DNA from: a virus
Length of the DNA stretch: 64,000 nucleotides
Strand: one strand, 5' to 3'
Virus record (IMG/VR): IMGVR_UViG_3300036859_000864
Coordinates: 32,001-96,000 of that record
A program made the translations under genes and the position numbers. This document shows positions 61,077 through 64,000 of this stretch, piece by piece. The notes under the pieces are model-generated. The model saw nothing but the letters and a program-made list of their open reading frames with translations. It searched no databases and was not told the origin of the DNA. The first letter of the stretch is position 1; the number at the start of each line of letters is the position of its first letter.

Positions 61077-61495
61077 GATGCTTTGCTCCAACCGTGTAGC
61101 GTAGCCGCGGTGCCCACAGCGAGGCTGGCTACCGTGAGAACAGCAATCGCGCGATCCCATCCCGACTTGGATGACGGTGGTGTGATGCCGGCTCCCTCGG
61201 GCGCGCCGGCGGGGATGTAGATGCCCGCCGCGCGAAAGCACCCCTGCACGAGGTCGCCCTTCTCGTCGCGCCCCCAAACCCGCGGCTCGATGCGGATGAG
61301 CGTCGTGACGCCCGGCAACGGAAAGCTTTCGGTCGCGCCGAGCGGCACAGCCGGATCGTCGATGACGGCCTTCGCGCGTTGCGCCAAAGCGTCAGGCACG
61401 GGGCCGTCAGCGTCCGTCCAGCTTCTCCAACCGTCTGGAGTAGGTGCGACAGGGCACTGCGCCGCGAGTTGGGATCCTGCGCCGAATTGCGCCAT
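61073..61495 (-). CDS. membrane-anchored protein sharing a domain with the 32187-32978 product
   Basis: PDGWRSW...ALAQRAKAVI...LIRIE...AAGIY; C-terminal TM helix. Confidence 0.6.
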   Translation of the reverse strand: MAQFGAGSQLAAQCPVAPTPDGWRSWTDADGPVPDALAQRAKAVIDDPAVPLGATESFPLPGVTTLIRIEPRVWGRDEKGDLVQGCFRAAGIYIPAGAPEGAGITPPSSKSGWDRAIAVLTVASLAVGTAATLHGWSKAS

Positions 61496-61577
61496 CCCAG
61501 GCTAGTCTACACGTGACACCTTGACACGTCCAACCGCAGGGGAGCAGTATTACGAAACGCAGACGGTTGAAATACGA

Positions 61578-61787
61578 ATGTCACACAAGGTTTTGGCTAA
61601 AACACCAGCAAAAACTGTAGTCACCACCTTCAGGTTCACACTCGAACAGCACCGCGCTATTGCAGATCGTGCCGCTCAGTCTGGGGCCCATGTGGGCGCT
61701 TGGGCACGCTCTATTCTGGTGCAAGCCGTCAACCAAAAGCCCCGTAAGGGGTATCTTCGCATTCGAGAGCCGGACGGAGCGACCTGA
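61578..61787 (+). CDS. ribbon-helix-helix (MobC-like) regulator
   Basis: TFRFTLEQHRAIADRAAQSGAHVGAWARSIL; first gene after a strand switch; TGACAC direct repeats upstream. Confidence 0.6.
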   Translation: MSHKVLAKTPAKTVVTTFRFTLEQHRAIADRAAQSGAHVGAWARSILVQAVNQKPRKGYLRIREPDGAT

Positions 61788-62392
61788 TGGATCCGCGTAA
61801 AATGATGGGCTTCCAGGCACCTGGCGATCAGAAGGTGCCGATCATGGTTCGCGACTGGAACGCGATGAAGCTCGCGGTGTGGCGCAGCAAGGCCGGATGG
61901 GACATCGCCGAGCGCGAGGCCACCGCTATTCTGAATCGTTGTGAGCATGCGGAGGGTTGCCCCGCCGTGCACGACGAGACCAAACCGTGTCTGTCGGAAC
62001 GTTACGAGAAGGAGCGCGCTCGAAACGAGGACGAGACGGACGACGAGTACGCTCAGGTTCCGGGCGTGCGCGTTCGAGAGGGTTGCCCTGATCGGGAGTT
62101 GCGCATGAGCGCGCTCGTCGTTCTCAATGCTGCTCGAATGTTCGCGCCGGTCGATGCGCGACGGCCCGCCAACGAACCGTACTTCGCACCGAGCCGTGAG
62201 TATTTCAGCGAGGTGCTCTCGGAGCTAGGCGCCGCGCAGATCGAACTCGAAGTGCTACGCGAAGCACTCCGCGCGGCAGGCGTACCTTTGCCGTCGCCGA
62301 GCGCGGAGTTGACTACACTGAGCGAAGCCTTACTCACGGAGCGCGCACCGCCTCCGCAACTCTCACAACCGCTCGAGGAGCCCCCCACGTGA
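61787..62392 (+). CDS. hypothetical protein
   Basis: 201-aa ORF with C-x-H...C...C...CPD residues. Confidence 0.6.
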   Translation: MDPRKMMGFQAPGDQKVPIMVRDWNAMKLAVWRSKAGWDIAEREATAILNRCEHAEGCPAVHDETKPCLSERYEKERARNEDETDDEYAQVPGVRVREGCPDRELRMSALVVLNAARMFAPVDARRPANEPYFAPSREYFSEVLSELGAAQIELEVLREALRAAGVPLPSPSAELTTLSEALLTERAPPPQLSQPLEEPPT

Positions 62393-62772
62393 AATTCGTT
62401 CCTAGACACGCGCAGATCATCGGTCGCTTGGTTATCAAACCGCAGTCATCGACGATCATCATGGGGGATCCGACGAAGGTCACAAAATTCCTCTTGGTGG
62501 ACGCTGTCGGTGAAGGCGCCTCGAAGTCGGGGATCAAAGTCGGCGACTTGGTCGTGCCGAAAGCGTTGGCCCAGATCGTATTGGAGTCGGGCACTCGGTT
62601 CTGTCCGTATCTCGAAGAGAAGGACGTGGCGTTCTTCGTTCGAGGCGCGAACTTGAACGACCTGCACGTGCAGACAGACTCCGCCGCCAAATACGTGCCG
62701 TTCGGTTCGCCGGAAGCTGCGGAACCGATCGGGGCGCAAGACGACCTCGAGCAAGCACAGGCGGCAGAATGA
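62389..62772 (+). CDS. GroES/Cpn10-like co-chaperonin
   Basis: MKFVPRH...IIM...VDAVGEG...IKVGDLVV...LEEKDV aligns by eye with GroES motifs. Confidence 0.6.
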   Translation: MKFVPRHAQIIGRLVIKPQSSTIIMGDPTKVTKFLLVDAVGEGASKSGIKVGDLVVPKALAQIVLESGTRFCPYLEEKDVAFFVRGANLNDLHVQTDSAAKYVPFGSPEAAEPIGAQDDLEQAQAAE

Positions 62773-63443
62773 CGTACGGGGCTCGCGAGATCATTCGGCG
62801 CCAACGCGCCAACGACTGTGCGTGCAAAGCGCCTGCACGCGCGCCTTCTCATGTGCGTGAGGGCGGCGGTCGGATCTTGCGCCCGCGCGCGTTCATGCGC
62901 GAAGAGGTTTCCGAGCGCGGCAAGGTTCATCGTCCTCGCGGTGTCGAGCCTGTCGTCATCGCCGGCGCGCCCGGCTCGAAGTGTCGACCTTTCCTCAAGG
63001 TCGAGAAGGACGCTGAGAAGTTCGCGGCGTGCAACGCGCTCGCCGAGGAGCTCGGGCCACTCAACACGCCGAAGAAGATGTACAGAATCATCGAAGATGC
63101 CATCGGTGACGAGGTCAACGAGGTCTTCGGTGTCCTGATGCTCGACATGCACTTGAGGCTCAAAGGTCTCGCCGAGACCGGGCGCGGGGAACCCTCGAGC
63201 GTGATGGCGCCGTTGAAGCCGACACTTCAGATGGCGCTGATCAGCGGAGCGGATTCGATCATCTTGTGGCACGTGCACCCCTCTGGGATCGAAGCCGAGC
63301 CCAGTGAGGCGGACAAGGAGACCACAGAGGCGTTCGCCGAAGCGTGCGATGCGATCGAGCTGCCACTTCTCGACCACCTGATCATCGGCGGAGACATCCG
63401 AAGACGCAGCTACTTCTCGTTTGCAGAAGACGGTTTGCTGTAA
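62769..63443 (+). CDS. JAB/MPN (RadC-like) domain protein
   Basis: E.FGVLMLD, IILWHVHPSG...PSEAD, LPLLDHLIIG. Confidence 0.9.
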   Translation: MTYGAREIIRRQRANDCACKAPARAPSHVREGGGRILRPRAFMREEVSERGKVHRPRGVEPVVIAGAPGSKCRPFLKVEKDAEKFAACNALAEELGPLNTPKKMYRIIEDAIGDEVNEVFGVLMLDMHLRLKGLAETGRGEPSSVMAPLKPTLQMALISGADSIILWHVHPSGIEAEPSEADKETTEAFAEACDAIELPLLDHLIIGGDIRRRSYFSFAEDGLL

Positions 63444-63519
63444 GCCGTCGTCCTCTCTCTTTCGTTCTAGGCGAGCTCGCTCGCCCCAATTCTCTTTTCA
63501 CATGGAGGCTCGCCCCCGT

Positions 63520-64000
63520 ATGACCGTACCTGCCAACGGTGCTCAACCGACCGTCATAGAACTCCCGAAACCGGAGTTCCCCATGCTCATGCGCGTGATC
63601 TCGAACGCGCTGTTCCCCGCCGCTCAGACGATAGGGTGCCCGCACTGCTCGAAGCCCATTTCGATTCCGGAGCTTGGAAAGACCGATCAAGATCCCGTCA
63701 CTTGGGTTTTCGGTGAGGCGCACCCGCTCACGCCAGACATGCGCATTATTCGAATGTTCATCAAAGGTGACGGCATCGAAATCTACTCGGTGCCCGGCGA
63801 CACCTCCAAAAAGGGTGGCGTGTGCACGCGCAATCTCATTCCGATGTCCTCGGTACGCTTCACCGAAGAAGCGATGCCGATCAACGTCTTCGTCGAAGAG
63901 CTGATCGATGCCTCCGAAGATGATGACGACGACGACGGTGACGATGACGACGACAACGACGATCCGGAGGCGGAGCCTGCCGAAGGTGGGACTGCGCCCA
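63520..64000 (+). CDS. hypothetical protein with acidic tail; runs off the window
   Basis: SD GGAGG then ATG 63520; CPHC motif; poly-Asp; open to the end of the window. Confidence 0.65.
   Translation, partial: MTVPANGAQPTVIELPKPEFPMLMRVISNALFPAAQTIGCPHCSKPISIPELGKTDQDPVTWVFGEAHPLTPDMRIIRMFIKGDGIEIYSVPGDTSKKGGVCTRNLIPMSSVRFTEEAMPINVFVEELIDASEDDDDDDGDDDDDNDDPEAEPAEGGTAP

Larger units (their letters stand above)
1..64000. mobile_element. Segment of a large bacteriophage/prophage genome (host possibly Myxococcota)
   Basis: Dense short ORFs with ATGA/GTGA overlaps; phage-type replication/recombination genes (VapE helicase, AEP primase, Sak4, PD-(D/E)XK, HNH, Dam, DUF3310, DUF6011); no housekeeping genes. 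The host is inferred only from lipoprotein style. Confidence 0.9.

Noticed and set aside
63915-63962. GAC/GAT trinucleotide repeats (also ~2765-2795, 18728-18760, 39960-40025)
   Set aside because: They encode poly-Asp tails and are not independent repeat elements.
1-64000. Many long Arg/Ala/Pro-rich ORFs antisense to or overlapping real genes (e.g. 43272-44729, 24378-25592 upstream part, 53657-54778, 62334-63377)
   Set aside because: These are shadow ORFs typical of high-GC DNA; they have no motifs and conflict with well-supported genes.
1-64000. tRNA, tmRNA or rRNA genes
   Set aside because: No convincing cloverleaf or T-loop context was found by eye; tRNAscan-SE or ARAGORN is needed to exclude them.
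1-64000. Abundant TCGA/CGATCG words as a HIP-like repeat
   Set aside because: Explainable by codon-pair usage (CTC/ATC/GTC followed by GAx); enrichment could not be computed.

Overview
The window is a 64-kb segment of a large, GC-rich bacteriophage or prophage genome. Genes are short, tightly packed and often overlap at ATGA/GTGA. They fall into eight alternating strand blocks (- ~1-13.0k, + 13.1-20.3k, - 20.4-25.7k, + 25.8-31.8k, - 32.1-41.1k, + 41.2-58.1k, - 58.3-61.5k, + 61.6-64k). I see no cellular housekeeping genes, rRNA, tRNA or CRISPR array, and no terminase, portal, capsid or tail gene I can recognise. Recognisable functions: (1) nucleotide metabolism (DEDDh exonuclease, DUF3310, two MazG-like proteins, dCMP deaminase); (2) recombination and replication (SSB-like protein, Sak4-like ATPase, PD-(D/E)XK nuclease, VapE/VirE helicase with an adjacent origin-like inverted repeat, a separate AEP primase fused to a DUF3223-like domain, RecD/Dda-like and SNF2 helicases, Dam methylase, HNH); (3) regulation (sigma-70 factor, several RHH and wHTH proteins); (4) a rhomboid protease, a GroES-like co-chaperonin and a JAB/RadC protein; (5) lipoproteins whose style suggests a Myxococcota host (inference). 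The most unusual element is at 34.2-40.8 kb: an operon of modular proteins made of small, mostly acidic domains joined and capped by Arg-rich linkers with a recurring [V/A/M/L]-x-E-(A/S)-RR motif. I propose these are virion-packaged, protease-processed polyproteins that deliver anti-defence or DNA-mimic domains; one has an apparent -1 frameshift extension. Also notable are a second gene cluster sharing an N-terminal G-x-P-V-V-G-F-G motif (59-61.5 kb) and a ~290-nt highly structured intergenic region (31.8-32.1 kb). All family calls come from motif recognition by eye; no database searches were run.
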